From: a virus
IMG/VR virus record: IMGVR_UViG_3300011114_001049
Coordinates: 1 to 64,000 of that record
DNA length: 64,000 nt
Direction: 5' to 3' (one strand)
Shown: positions 1-10,159 of the stretch, in pieces
Layout of the letters: every line of letters starts with the position of its first letter
Position numbering within the stretch: position 1 is the stretch's first letter
Translations under genes and position numbers: made by a program
Notes under the pieces: model-generated
Seen by the model: the letters and a program-made list of their open reading frames with translations, nothing else
What the model was told of the DNA's origin: nothing
Databases searched by the model: none

Positions 1-667
1 CCTTTAAGTATAGTTCAAATAACACGAAAGAAGTAATAGTTTTTTCCAATTTACTTATTTCTGTTTTATTAACGAATGAATCGCCGACTGAGTTTGAAAT
101 AAGTATAGATTCCAAATCAGAGTTTAATTCGCCTGCATCAAAGGCTGAGAGCCATGCAGGCTTACTTGAGTCCAGTAGTGCAGTTAGTATCTTGTCTTCT
201 GGAACCAAGTTTATTTCATCCTTTAAAACGACTTCTATCTTGGCTAGATTCTCAATATTTGTTCTAATTGAGTTTTTCTTAATCGCGTCTATGAAATTAA
301 AATTAATAACACCCTCACTTTGAGAGTATTTAGAAATTTGCATCCCACTATCTTTGATATCTAGGTTTAAAGTTAACGGCTCTTCTATTGATTCTGATTT
401 TACGAAATACTGAAAAGATAGATTCTGTTCAATTTTAAAGTCAGAAAGATACGTGTTAAAGAACTCATTTAACTGTTCGGCTGATGCGCTGCGTAATTTA
501 TCAAGGTTTGGGTATAACTGACCTTGCTTATGAATTAAATTAGGGTTATCATCAAAGTTAAAAACCGTAAATATTTCAAAGTTTCCTGAAACGTTTGATT
601 CTACAAGTATGCCACGATTTAGCTGTTGCCACTCATAGAAGCCTATGACCTGTTCTAATAATTTCAT
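1..667 (-). CDS. Hypothetical late protein, runs off the window edge (MKLLEQVIGFYEWQ...)
   Basis: ATG at 665-667 directly after the stop of the 671 gene, same strand as neighbours; not in the ORF track, presumably because it is truncated. Confidence 0.7.
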   Translation of the reverse strand, partial: MKLLEQVIGFYEWQQLNRGILVESNVSGNFEIFTVFNFDDNPNLIHKQGQLYPNLDKLRSASAEQLNEFFNTYLSDFKIEQNLSFQYFVKSESIEEPLTLNLDIKDSGMQISKYSQSEGVINFNFIDAIKKNSIRTNIENLAKIEVVLKDEINLVPEDKILTALLDSSKPAWLSAFDAGELNSDLESILISNSVGDSFVNKTEISKLEKTITSFVLFELYLK

Positions 668-670
668 CGA

Positions 671-2182
671 TCAGAATCTTTTTCTGTTTTCAAAAAGTTT
701 AGAATAATCATTAAACCTAGGGAAACGATAAGATTCTGGCAGCATTCTTCTAAGTCGAGCAATCTCAGCTTCGTCACCGTTTTGATAAGCATCAATTATA
801 GCATTAGCAATCTCGTCTTTGCTCATTTTTGAGATATCGTTCTGCTGTAAGTCGTCACTAGGAAAATCTTCTGGATAATAAACTTCCCTGTCATCTTCAT
901 CTTCTTCATCTTCTAAATAACTATCGGCAGGTTCATTTTCAGTTTCGCCTCTTTGATAGCGGGCCTCCTGTTCTATGTCTTCCATTGATTCCTCAATTAA
1001 AGAAGTACATTCTCTAACTGCCTCGTCGTTTTCACTAAGAATATTATTTACTATCCTTAGAAACTCTTTAGGGTCTTCCTTAGATATTGCAACAAGTTTT
1101 CCAAAGAAGATAAAATTTAGCTGTTCTTGGAAAGCAATAATAGCATCATCACTTGTGCTATTTCTACTTAATTCACTGATCTTCTCGATAACTTTAACAT
1201 TTCTAGCAACGATCTTAAAAAAAGTATTCTGCATCTGTCGACCATACTTGATCTCCTGAAGCTCATCAAATAAGGTATCAGTATTAGCAATCACCTTTTC
1301 TGCATCTTCTTCTGACAGGGAATCTAAGGACCATTGGACAGTCAACATATAGATGCCTTTTACTGTCTCATGAACTAAAACTGAAAGATCGATACCGATT
1401 GCCTCAATGGTAGTATTGATATCAGAAAGAAGTTCTTCGGCTTCTGGATTATTAATAATATCGTTACCTTCTTCTAAGTCCTTAAGTAAAGCCTCTGCAG
1501 CATCTGCTTTTGGCTCTTCTGACTCTTCAGGAAAGTCTAATTTTACACCACCTGCAAAACCATTTCGATTCTGCCAGGCACCTTTTTGTACTTCTTCAGG
1601 AACAGTCCAGTCAAAAAACTGGGCAACGTTACATACTTTATTTAGTGTCCTAATATATTCAGCAGCGTCTTCACCTAAGATATCTTCGATTCCTGACTTC
1701 ATTATTTCTGAGTTTAAGATCTCTTTCACGCTAAGTCCTTTGCCTTGTTGAATGGTGCGAAGTATCTTACGTACCTGAATTGCGTCCAATAATGCATTAT
1801 CTGTTATCTCTTCAAGTTCTTGTGGTTGATCGTCTGGAGTCTCTTCCATCATCTCAGCAACTTCTTCCATGCTTCCGATCTTTAGTTTTAAGGTTATGTC
1901 GTCTATCATGCTACCAAAAATAGTACGGATAGCTTCTTCAGTAAGGTCAGCTAACTGATTCTCATGACCAGCATGTAACTCCTGAGCTCGCCTAGCAAGT
2001 CTACTAAAGTTTTCAAGGTCTGCTCGGTTTCCCATAGCAAACGCTCGAGCAGAGGCGTCAGAGCTTGCATTAGTTTTGTCTAACCATGACTCTCGGCCAG
2101 AACCCTCTTCTCCAGGTATACCAGTATTGCCCCTTAAAGATGCTTCACCGATGAATTCTTTGAATTTACTTATTTTTCGCAT
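671..2182 (-). CDS. Acidic hypothetical protein, putative head/internal protein
   Basis: ~500-aa ORF; N-terminal KISKFKEFIGE and C-terminal RFPRFNDYSKLFE resemble the capsid-targeting-like motif. Confidence 0.7.
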   Translation of the reverse strand: MRKISKFKEFIGEASLRGNTGIPGEEGSGRESWLDKTNASSDASARAFAMGNRADLENFSRLARRAQELHAGHENQLADLTEEAIRTIFGSMIDDITLKLKIGSMEEVAEMMEETPDDQPQELEEITDNALLDAIQVRKILRTIQQGKGLSVKEILNSEIMKSGIEDILGEDAAEYIRTLNKVCNVAQFFDWTVPEEVQKGAWQNRNGFAGGVKLDFPEESEEPKADAAEALLKDLEEGNDIINNPEAEELLSDINTTIEAIGIDLSVLVHETVKGIYMLTVQWSLDSLSEEDAEKVIANTDTLFDELQEIKYGRQMQNTFFKIVARNVKVIEKISELSRNSTSDDAIIAFQEQLNFIFFGKLVAISKEDPKEFLRIVNNILSENDEAVRECTSLIEESMEDIEQEARYQRGETENEPADSYLEDEEDEDDREVYYPEDFPSDDLQQNDISKMSKDEIANAIIDAYQNGDEAEIARLRRMLPESYRFPRFNDYSKLFENRKRF

Positions 2183-2465
2183 ACTTATCATGTAGTTTTT
2201 TAATCATCTTCTTACCGCTTACTGTGTCTAATTCTTCGCCTAATACGCTAAAGAATGTTTCTAGTAATTCTTCTACAGATGCCATCGGCTTGCCTTTTTC
2301 TTTCTCTCCAGGACGACGTCCAGGTACAGCTCTACCTGGTCTAGGCGTTGTGTTTGGAGTTCCAGGTCGAGTGGTTGGTGTAGGTGAAGTTCCAGGTCGA
2401 GTAGGTCTAACCGCTGGTCGATTTGCAACGAACTCGTCTAACCTTTTAATTTTATTTTTTTTCAT
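2166..2465 (-). CDS. Small Pro/Thr/Arg-rich hypothetical protein
   Basis: 99-aa ORF overlapping both neighbours; repeated PTRPG motifs. Confidence 0.7.
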   Translation of the reverse strand: MKKNKIKRLDEFVANRPAVRPTRPGTSPTPTTRPGTPNTTPRPGRAVPGRRPGEKEKGKPMASVEELLETFFSVLGEELDTVSGKKMIKKLHDKYAKNK

Positions 2466-4359
2466 TATTACCTTTTATTTTTAAAATCATTGAATCTAAG
2501 TAAGTATTAGCGTCTGTTATTGTATTAACGACTTCTTTCCAACGATCAAGAGTAGCAGGACTAAGAGACTTTGCTTTAGGCAACATTTCACTAATTTTAT
2601 TGATAAACGTCGTGTTTCTATCCTTAATGTTCTTTATTAACTGGTCTGTTAGTGCAGCGGCTGCTGCCTCCATTACAATTTCAAATATCTTAACGTCTGC
2701 TGGACTTATCAAACCTTTGTTTTTTGCTTTATCTATATACTCCTGTTGTACTTCTTTGATGATATCGCTATTACGTAGGTTTTTAAGTTCAGCGGCAATA
2801 ACCTGCTTATTTATGTTTTCTTGCGCAGAAATATCACCAAAACTAGAACTTGTTGATTTCATCAAGTCTTCGGTGTTTCTAACAAGGCCAAGTATAGTTT
2901 TCTTCATTGCTTCGGATTTATCTCTTTCGCTTCTAGAAAACTCAAATATTTTTTTGTAGATAGCATCAGTTGCTGTTTTTGTCTTTACTTCAGCATCAAA
3001 TACTAGAGAGATTGCATCTATTACATCTTGAGGATATGCGTGACTCTCGCCAGAAGCACTCCAGCCTTTCATCATTTCTTTGTAGTTTCCACTGCTTCCG
3101 CCGTTTGCACAGCGATTAGGTTGATTACATGCAGTGTTTACTGAACCATTTGGATATATCGTCCAGCCAACAGTATGGAAGTTGTTAGTTGAGTCGACTG
3201 AATAGTCAAGTACACCAAGCTGTAAAGAGCCAGATGCATAATTCCAAAACAGACCAGCATAACCTGAGTTGTACCATGCAGGCTGAATACACCAACCAGC
3301 GGCCTTACCGCAAAGATAAGGTAACTGTGCATCTGTTCTAAATGAAAAAACCAGATGATTAGGGCCATCGTAAAGCACAGCTACACTTGGGTAAGCCTCT
3401 ACTGCTTTTTGGTACAGGTCACCACGATCAGTGTTTGCAGAATTTAGTTTTTGGCTAAGGTCTGTTATTATTGCATCGATTGATGGTTTACCACTTAGTT
3501 CAATTCTAATTGCCGAAATAAGTGCAGGTTTATCTAGATCATTTATCTGAGCTGCGAGTCTAAGTAGTTCGTTCTTTTTCTCCTTCGTTGCTGCTGCATA
3601 CAATTCTCTTAGATTTACTGGACCTAGGCCTGCAGATACGTGTGCATCAGTAGAACAGGCAACTTTAGGCAGGGCTTTCACTAGCCACCTACCTCTACTT
3701 AATTCTAAGAGTCGGTTTAATTCGTCCCCTAATTGTTCATAGCCAGGTGCTTCACCAGCTCTATTCTTAATCTTAGCATATTCATCAGGCGTCTTAGGTA
3801 ACTCGTCAAGGTTAAGTCTAAGTTGTATGATTAGATTCGCGACCTGTCTTAACTGTTCTATTGGGGCACCTTGAATAAACCTAAATATCACAAAAGTACT
3901 TATGTACTTTGGACTACTTTTAAATATATCCTGTATCTCAAGATAGTCTGGGTGTCGATAAAAAGAATCTTCAATCTCTTTGACTGCCTGGGTATAAGCA
4001 GCTTCTTGTTCCTCTTGCGGAAGAGCTTCTACCACCTTATCGATTTCAGGGCGAGCTCGACGTATCTCGTCATCGGCAAGCTTTCGTAGAATCAACTTTG
4101 ATTCTGCTACCGATTCGTTTAGGTGAACATAGCCTTCGATAGTTAATAGATCGGGTGCCTCATTTTGATTAAGTTCTTTTCTTAAATAAAAATTAAGTCT
4201 TTCAACCTCTTTAAAGTCGTTGTCTGCTGCCGCTTGGTCTATTAGCATCATTAGCTCATCAGAAGATAATGCCGAATAATCAGTTTCTCCAGGTAAGTTT
4301 AATGAGTCTGCTGGGTCCTCTATGATGTCTGCTTCAAAGATCAGCTTTAGGTGCTTCAT
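2452..4359 (-). CDS. Large hypothetical virion-associated protein with GWCI motif
   Basis: 635-aa ORF, MKHLKLIFE start, late promoter ATAAATAA at about 4377-4384. Confidence 0.7.
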   Translation of the reverse strand: MKHLKLIFEADIIEDPADSLNLPGETDYSALSSDELMMLIDQAAADNDFKEVERLNFYLRKELNQNEAPDLLTIEGYVHLNESVAESKLILRKLADDEIRRARPEIDKVVEALPQEEQEAAYTQAVKEIEDSFYRHPDYLEIQDIFKSSPKYISTFVIFRFIQGAPIEQLRQVANLIIQLRLNLDELPKTPDEYAKIKNRAGEAPGYEQLGDELNRLLELSRGRWLVKALPKVACSTDAHVSAGLGPVNLRELYAAATKEKKNELLRLAAQINDLDKPALISAIRIELSGKPSIDAIITDLSQKLNSANTDRGDLYQKAVEAYPSVAVLYDGPNHLVFSFRTDAQLPYLCGKAAGWCIQPAWYNSGYAGLFWNYASGSLQLGVLDYSVDSTNNFHTVGWTIYPNGSVNTACNQPNRCANGGSSGNYKEMMKGWSASGESHAYPQDVIDAISLVFDAEVKTKTATDAIYKKIFEFSRSERDKSEAMKKTILGLVRNTEDLMKSTSSSFGDISAQENINKQVIAAELKNLRNSDIIKEVQQEYIDKAKNKGLISPADVKIFEIVMEAAAAALTDQLIKNIKDRNTTFINKISEMLPKAKSLSPATLDRWKEVVNTITDANTYLDSMILKIKGNNEKK

Positions 4360-4401
4360 CAAGTTACTATTTTTAGTTATTTATTCTACTTAAGGCTAGA
4401 T

Positions 4402-4761
4402 TTATTGGTTTTGAGTAGAACGAATAATAAGTTCGCCAACTGCCTCAATTTTACCCATGATCTTTTGAAATGGTATTTGATCTTTGGGTTCAAACGTCTT
4501 TAGTAACTGTGCTAACTCTCTAGTAAGAACTTTAAGTTCAGCCTTGGCTTTAGTCTGGTCAAACTTACCAGCGGCTGCCTTCTTATAATAAGGCAATTTA
4601 ACTACAAAATGATGATATGTCAACATTGCAGTTCCTCCCTTTTTTTGTGCTCTCTCAACTATATCGCTTGCACCATCGTGTCTTTTTTGTGCAAACTCAG
4701 TAAATTCGTTACCTTTGTTCTCAACAATAAGTAAATCAAAGTCTTTTATGTAATTCTTCAT
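4402..4761 (-). CDS. Hypothetical late protein (MKNYIKDFDLLIVE)
   Basis: Start reassigned to ATG 4761 just after GATAAATAA (4766-4774). Confidence 0.65.
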   Translation of the reverse strand: MKNYIKDFDLLIVENKGNEFTEFAQKRHDGASDIVERAQKKGGTAMLTYHHFVVKLPYYKKAAAGKFDQTKAKAELKVLTRELAQLLKTFEPKDQIPFQKIMGKIEAVGELIIRSTQNQ

Positions 4762-4772
4762 ATCTTTATTTA

Positions 4773-5393
4773 TCATTCCCAAAACAAGCAAGAGATTAAA
4801 TCTATTTCTTTTTGAGAAATACCGTCTAACTTTAACTCTTGCTCCTGTATACTCGTTCCTTCTAGCCATGCCGCAATCTGTATAGGTGTAGCTGCACGTT
4901 GAGTAGCAACAGCGGTTTTTAGTGTGTCAGAACTAGTCGACCATGCTAGTCTCCATGCGACATCTAGTGCTTTTTGACTTATCTTAATCTTGTTCCTGCA
5001 ACAAAGATCAAACAGGTCAAGTGCTATGTCTAACGAGTCAGTCTCGTTTGCAAGTCGACTGATAATAAAATCTGGTGAAAATCTGGAGTTTGATTTTAAA
5101 TGAACTGCTAGGTAATGGTGATGTCGATTCAAGTAGATCTCACACAGTAGACTAGGTACAAGCATAGGATTTTTAGAAAAGTTAAGGAGTGTAAAGTGAG
5201 AGTCTATTTCGGGTCTAGTCAAAGTGGCCTGCATCAGCCATCTGTATACTGCCCATTGACAGCGAGCTCCTTTAATTGAAATGGCTACGACTTGGCTAAA
5301 GGTAGGAGCAGAGTTTAATAGCTGCTGAATATGTGTTACTGAGTGTGTATCAAGCCCAAAGGACTCCGCTGCATACTCAATCGGTCTTTTCAT
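4773..5393 (-). CDS. Hypothetical helical protein
   Basis: 206-aa ORF within a run of minus-strand genes. Confidence 0.65.
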   Translation of the reverse strand: MKRPIEYAAESFGLDTHSVTHIQQLLNSAPTFSQVVAISIKGARCQWAVYRWLMQATLTRPEIDSHFTLLNFSKNPMLVPSLLCEIYLNRHHHYLAVHLKSNSRFSPDFIISRLANETDSLDIALDLFDLCCRNKIKISQKALDVAWRLAWSTSSDTLKTAVATQRAATPIQIAAWLEGTSIQEQELKLDGISQKEIDLISCLFWE

Positions 5394-5402
5394 AAAGACC
5401 TT

Positions 5403-5972
5403 TTACTTTGATTCTTCGTTTGGTTTCTTAGCGTTGGGATTTTCCTTAGGATACTTTTTAGGATTAGTATAGGTGTAGAAGAGCTGGCGTACGTGAGTCT
5501 TCTTGTTATTAGAATCGTATTCAAAATCAAGTAGCTTCTTTGTCTCAAACTTTTCGGTAGCACTGTCACCGATATCATTCTTTAGATCCTTAAGCTTCTT
5601 GTCGATCTGGTTCTGAGCTCTTATGCTTGCTGCAGAGGAACCCGTGTTCCTACCCGCTCCGCCACGTGAAGTGATACCCATCCAGGCTTTGCCGTCGCTC
5701 GACGGTCCTACTTCTACGTCGATAGTCACCTTCCAGCTAGACTCGTCCATCTTCACCTTGAGACTCTTTACCTCAGGATTGATACCTTTTTCCCATAACT
5801 CAAGTAGTTTCTTCTCTATCTTGTCGTTCATCTTACCGCCAAAGCCGTCCTTCTTACGGGACTGAAATGAGTGCATCGCGTCCCAGTCTCCGCTAGGAGC
5901 AGTATAGGTAATTGGTTCCATTTTGGTGATACTTGCTGTGTTATATTCTTCAAATAACATTAAGTGTTTCAT
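5403..5972 (-). CDS. Hypothetical late protein (MKHLMLFEEY)
   Basis: Start reassigned to 5972; shared N-terminal motif. Confidence 0.7.
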   Translation of the reverse strand: MKHLMLFEEYNTASITKMEPITYTAPSGDWDAMHSFQSRKKDGFGGKMNDKIEKKLLELWEKGINPEVKSLKVKMDESSWKVTIDVEVGPSSDGKAWMGITSRGGAGRNTGSSAASIRAQNQIDKKLKDLKNDIGDSATEKFETKKLLDFEYDSNNKKTHVRQLFYTYTNPKKYPKENPNAKKPNEESK

Positions 5973-5991
5973 AGTCTCTCTTTTTCTATTC

Positions 5992-7170
5992 TTAATACTC
6001 AGTAGCCTCAGCAGCTCCATCGTATTCTGGAACCTCGTCTAAATAGTAAGCCATTGTTTCTTTTGAAACTAGGTCCGGATCTAATGGAGGGATCTGTTCA
6101 ATTAATGCTGGGTCTATTTCACCAGCTGAATTCATCATACTTGCAAATTGCTTTACTAATAACGGTGCAGCTACCGTATATCCTCTACGACCCCAAGGTG
6201 CACCTACAGTTTGCCTAACAAAAGTATTAAGTGGCACAGAAGTCGGTGATAAACCCGCCTTATTACCAAATTTTACTAATACTGTCTTTCCATCGACTCC
6301 AGAACCTACTATCTTAGCTGTCACACCTTTACCGCTCTTATTGATGTATCTGTATGCTTTACCAGGGACAAAACCCAGTTTTTTAAGTGCAACTTCACTA
6401 GTTCCTTTTGCTATGTTGAACTTGGCTTTACTGGAGAAAAATTTCTTAAGCATACCTATTGCTGCAGAATCTAATACGGTTTTTACAGCAACCTTGACTG
6501 TTGCTATTTTACCTGCAGTTTTTGCCATGTCAGGTAGACCCATTACCTTATTAAAGGTTTTAAGAATATTTGCTCCAAACTGTTTAACTGCTGCTCCGAT
6601 CTTACCTGCATACTTACCAAGTATAGCACCGGCTAGCTTGCTCTTTAGTGCACTATTAATTAGGTTAGGTAGGTCTGTTAATATTTTTGGTAAAAAACTT
6701 GCTACCATACCTAATGCCTTCTTTATAAGAGGTGAGGCTACCTTTGCTCCACTCTTAATAAATCTTTTGAGTGGAATTGAAACGGCCTGTAAAGGTCCAG
6801 GTAGAATTACAAAAGCATAGGTTATTGCTGCCATTAGATAGAGACCATCCTTCTTATCCGCAGAGACAAACTGTGCCTCGATGAGGTAACTTAGTGCATT
6901 TAGAGTATCGACGATTGCACCTGAACCAGGAATAACAAAGTCAACGACTGCGGAAAGAACATCTGCACCGGCATGTAAGATATCACTTAGCGACCACCAT
7001 TCGTTTAGAGGAACTATTTCGCCAGTCTCAGAAGAGTAGAATACTCCATCTAGCATTAGATGTTTTAGATCTGGTGTAAACTTGCACTCTAGAATCTTAG
7101 CAAGCGGTCGATACTCAGTACCTACTATACTTTCTAGGACAAATGCATCGTATGCGCGTATGTGTTTCAT
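5992..7170 (-). CDS. Putative virion protein with pre-toxin-like Gly/Ala helical hairpin region
   Basis: 392 aa; DVLSAVVDFVIPGSGAIVDTLNALSYLIE followed by long amphipathic Lys/Ala helices; late promoter at about 7195. Confidence 0.6.
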   Translation of the reverse strand: MKHIRAYDAFVLESIVGTEYRPLAKILECKFTPDLKHLMLDGVFYSSETGEIVPLNEWWSLSDILHAGADVLSAVVDFVIPGSGAIVDTLNALSYLIEAQFVSADKKDGLYLMAAITYAFVILPGPLQAVSIPLKRFIKSGAKVASPLIKKALGMVASFLPKILTDLPNLINSALKSKLAGAILGKYAGKIGAAVKQFGANILKTFNKVMGLPDMAKTAGKIATVKVAVKTVLDSAAIGMLKKFFSSKAKFNIAKGTSEVALKKLGFVPGKAYRYINKSGKGVTAKIVGSGVDGKTVLVKFGNKAGLSPTSVPLNTFVRQTVGAPWGRRGYTVAAPLLVKQFASMMNSAGEIDPALIEQIPPLDPDLVSKETMAYYLDEVPEYDGAAEATEY

Positions 7171-7209
7171 AGATGAATTTTTGTTTTATCTAGTTATTTA
7201 TCAAACGGG

Positions 7210-7719
7210 TTAGTCTAAATAACCGCTAAGGTCAACGAGCTTAGGATTGGCAGCAGCTGCCTTCTTTACTGTGCGATTGGAGTCAAGCGCTAATTCTAAC
7301 AGGTCGCCCAAGCCAGTATTGGGATTAGATGCAACTGCACAACGTACCTCGCTGCTGTCATAATCTCTAAGTAGAGTAAGCGCCTCTTCAGGCAGGCTAG
7401 GATTTTTGGCAAGTACATTTAGTAAAATATCACGCCCTTCTTCTAGACCTTGAGTTAACATCGTGATCAAGATTTGGACTGGCGCACTGGGATTGTCAGC
7501 TATTCCCAAATGAATGTCACTACCAAAGGAGGCAAAAAGTTTACCTATTGTCTCGGGTCTAGTGTTTGGGTTAGATGCGACTACGTGTTTAACTGAAAGG
7601 TATTGACTTGTACTTAGTTCATCTAATATTTGAGGATCGGTGTTTGGGTTTCGGGCAAGGCTCCACTCTTCTAAACTACTCTCATTGATAAATTTAACGA
7701 AACTGCTAGCTGCCTTCAT
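7210..7719 (-). CDS. LRV/HEAT-like repeat protein
   Basis: Repeated A-x-N-P-(N/S)-T-P units; N-terminal SSFVKFINE. Confidence 0.75.
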   Translation of the reverse strand: MKAASSFVKFINESSLEEWSLARNPNTDPQILDELSTSQYLSVKHVVASNPNTRPETIGKLFASFGSDIHLGIADNPSAPVQILITMLTQGLEEGRDILLNVLAKNPSLPEEALTLLRDYDSSEVRCAVASNPNTGLGDLLELALDSNRTVKKAAAANPKLVDLSGYLD

Positions 7720-7729
7720 CCACTCTTGG

Positions 7730-8536
7730 TTATATTGACAATGCGGCTTTTACCCCAGACATGTTCGATACACAATAACTTATATTTGTTGAAACCCAGT
7801 CTAGTGCATCAAGCAGGTAACCAATCACGCTTCCAATAATCGGCCAGTCTCTCCAACTAGCGATAGACTTCGTTAGGCTTGAATATATTGATTTTAAGTT
7901 GGTTGAAACAGATGTTAGTGTATTCAATATTGTGTCCTTTAGCGTTGTTGCAAGTACAATAGAGAGCATGCCTTGCCAGGTAGGTACTCCTTTCTTTATT
8001 GCAAAACTGGCCACTTTTGAACTTGCTAGTTTGCGAACAGATCTCTTTGCTAGTGCAATACCGCTATTGACTGCTGCTCTAGACCCGATATTTAAGAGAC
8101 CTGCTCCTGCAGGCATGGTCAAGGTAGCGATATTTAAGATAGTCATCGCCATATTCGTAACTTTACTAGTCGCTTCGCTTGCAAACCACGCACGAATCCC
8201 ATAGGATGCTATGTGTAAAAGATCAATTGCCTTTGAGATCCCCGTTCCAGCTAAAGGAATGGTTGAAATAAGTGCTGAAATACAGTCTATTACAATATCG
8301 ATAGCTTCTTCAGTATAGGACTCATGTAGTCTAGCCTCTGCGATAGGTAGAGAGTCGTCAGTTAATACGTCATCACCTGCAGGTACTAGTGTTGCTAGCG
8401 CTGCCTCTAAGTCAGGTAGGGATTTACCTCTTTTACCTAGTGCTGCCTGTATCTTAAGCATAACTGTGCTTTGGAGTGCAACGGCTTCAGTCTCTTCGTA
8501 TACCCGTCTCCACTCATTATAATTTATGATATACAT
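7730..8536 (-). CDS. Putative virion membrane-interacting protein, similar in part to 5992-7170
   Basis: DCISALISTIPLAGTGISKAIDLLHIASY matches the hairpin motif of 5992-7170. Confidence 0.6.
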   Translation of the reverse strand: MYIINYNEWRRVYEETEAVALQSTVMLKIQAALGKRGKSLPDLEAALATLVPAGDDVLTDDSLPIAEARLHESYTEEAIDIVIDCISALISTIPLAGTGISKAIDLLHIASYGIRAWFASEATSKVTNMAMTILNIATLTMPAGAGLLNIGSRAAVNSGIALAKRSVRKLASSKVASFAIKKGVPTWQGMLSIVLATTLKDTILNTLTSVSTNLKSIYSSLTKSIASWRDWPIIGSVIGYLLDALDWVSTNISYCVSNMSGVKAALSI

Positions 8537-8566
8537 TAATTTTATTTTTTAAGGTATGTCTATTAA

Positions 8567-9085
8567 TTAAGAGTCAGCTACTCTTAGTTTGCTTTTTAGT
8601 GCATTTACAACTCCTTCTTTTCTCTCTATTCTACGGCCTAGTCTATCGTCCTTTCTCTCCCCTTTAGCCTCGTCCTCAGCTTTTTGTAATGCTGCCTTAG
8701 CTGCGTCGATTTTCTGTTGACTCGTGAGAGTGACTTTACCTGAAGTACCAGTCGTACCTACCGGAGCGGCTGCACCTGCAGTACCGCCTGTACCTACTGC
8801 ACCTGCAGTACCGCCTGTACCTACTGCACCTGCAGTACCGCCTGTACCTACTGAAGGCACAACGGGTTTAGCTGCAGACAAGGCTTTGTAGATAGCATTT
8901 ATCGTGTTTGTTCCAATCTTACCGTCTGCACCAGTTGGACCTAATTCAGCGACAGGCAATAACTTTTGAATATCTGCGACAGTTGCCTCCATGAGCGGTT
9001 GTATCGTCGCTTCGTTTTCTTCTAATCGGGCTGATTCAACAACAGCGGTCTTCCAACTCTGATAGTCTAATAAATATCTTTTCAT
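8567..9085 (-). CDS. Protein with peptidoglycan-binding-like motif and GTGGTAGAV repeats
   Basis: ADGKIGTNTINAI resembles the DG-x-x-G-x-x-T PG-binding helix; late promoter at about 9104. Confidence 0.6.
   Translation of the reverse strand: MKRYLLDYQSWKTAVVESARLEENEATIQPLMEATVADIQKLLPVAELGPTGADGKIGTNTINAIYKALSAAKPVVPSVGTGGTAGAVGTGGTAGAVGTGGTAGAAAPVGTTGTSGKVTLTSQQKIDAAKAALQKAEDEAKGERKDDRLGRRIERKEGVVNALKSKLRVADS
8770..8853. repeat. 27-bp tandem repeat x3 (encodes GTGGTAGAV)
   Basis: CTGCACCTGCAGTACCGCCTGTACCTA x3. Confidence 0.95.
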
Positions 9086-9204
9086 TCTTAGTTTATATTT
9101 TAGTTATTTATTCCAGATACTACCAAAAAAATAAAGTGGTGAGTTTAATATTTAGGAATCCCCGCCCCGCGCTATGGGGGTTTTGGGGTGTGTGAAGCTA
9201 GGAA

Positions 9205-9633
9205 CTAGTAGCTACTCATTGATTTTAATTTGGTAAGCACCTCTGTGATTTTAGTTAAGGTCATCCCCCCATAGTCTACAGTATGGTTAAGATAGCTAGA
9301 ACTACCGTCTTTTTTCGTGTAAGGTACCCGCTTTGCACCGGCTGCTAAAAATAAATTTTCTACAACCTTGTTAACGTCGCCTAGTGTTCCAGGTCTAGTT
9401 TTATCTCCAGAAAGATCTAAAAGAATTCGTGTATTTCTCTTATTAAAATCAATGCGTATTTCACCTTTTGGATTGATCGTTTGATTATTTACATAGATCG
9501 ATACTGAATTAGGATCCCCATAAGAGGCAGTATTAATAAAAATTCCTTGAACTTTAGAAATCACCTCTGTACTAGTTGGGGCAGACTCTGATTCGTTTAT
9601 AAAATTATAAAATGTTTTTATTATTCTCTTCAT
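9205..9633 (-). CDS. Hypothetical internal-head-like protein (MKRIIKTFYNFINE)
   Basis: ORF, late promoter at about 9657, N-terminal motif. Confidence 0.75.
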   Translation of the reverse strand: MKRIIKTFYNFINESESAPTSTEVISKVQGIFINTASYGDPNSVSIYVNNQTINPKGEIRIDFNKRNTRILLDLSGDKTRPGTLGDVNKVVENLFLAAGAKRVPYTKKDGSSSYLNHTVDYGGMTLTKITEVLTKLKSMSSY

Positions 9634-9763
9634 TCTTACTATATTTTTTATAGAGTTATTTATAATAGATCAGCAGGATAATTACTTTAGTTCTAGACCG
9701 GTTAAAAATTCCTGGGGGATTTTTTTCCTGGTGGAGAGGGGCCTTTTTATTTTAAAGTATCGT

Positions 9764-10111
9764 TTAATATTCTTCTTGGCCATACGATTCCTCTTCATTA
9801 TCTCCAGTCGGAGTATCTAACTCTTCACGAGCAATTTCAAGAGCAGCCTTAATTTCTCCAATTGTGTTATATCTTGAAAGGGCACTAGTAAAGTTAGCAA
9901 GTATTTCCTTTGCGCTTTCTTCTCCACGTAAGTTAATGCTAGCAAATAGACCTTCTAGCTCCATTCTATCTGGTTCTGAAAGCTCATCATATTGTCTTTT
10001 TTGACCTTTGCCTCCAACTAGTTCTTTACGTAGTTCTCTACGATTTGCCCAGCCATATCCCAGTCCGCTTTCATTCACGAATTGACTAAAGTTTTTTACA
10101 TTGTTTTTCAT
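9764..10111 (-). CDS. Hypothetical internal-head-like protein (MKNNVKNFSQFVNE)
   Basis: ORF, late promoter at about 10127, N-terminal motif. Confidence 0.75.
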   Translation of the reverse strand: MKNNVKNFSQFVNESGLGYGWANRRELRKELVGGKGQKRQYDELSEPDRMELEGLFASINLRGEESAKEILANFTSALSRYNTIGEIKAALEIAREELDTPTGDNEEESYGQEEY

Positions 10112-10159
10112 AACATAAATTTTTTATTATTTATACAAAAAAGCAAAAAAATTATATAA

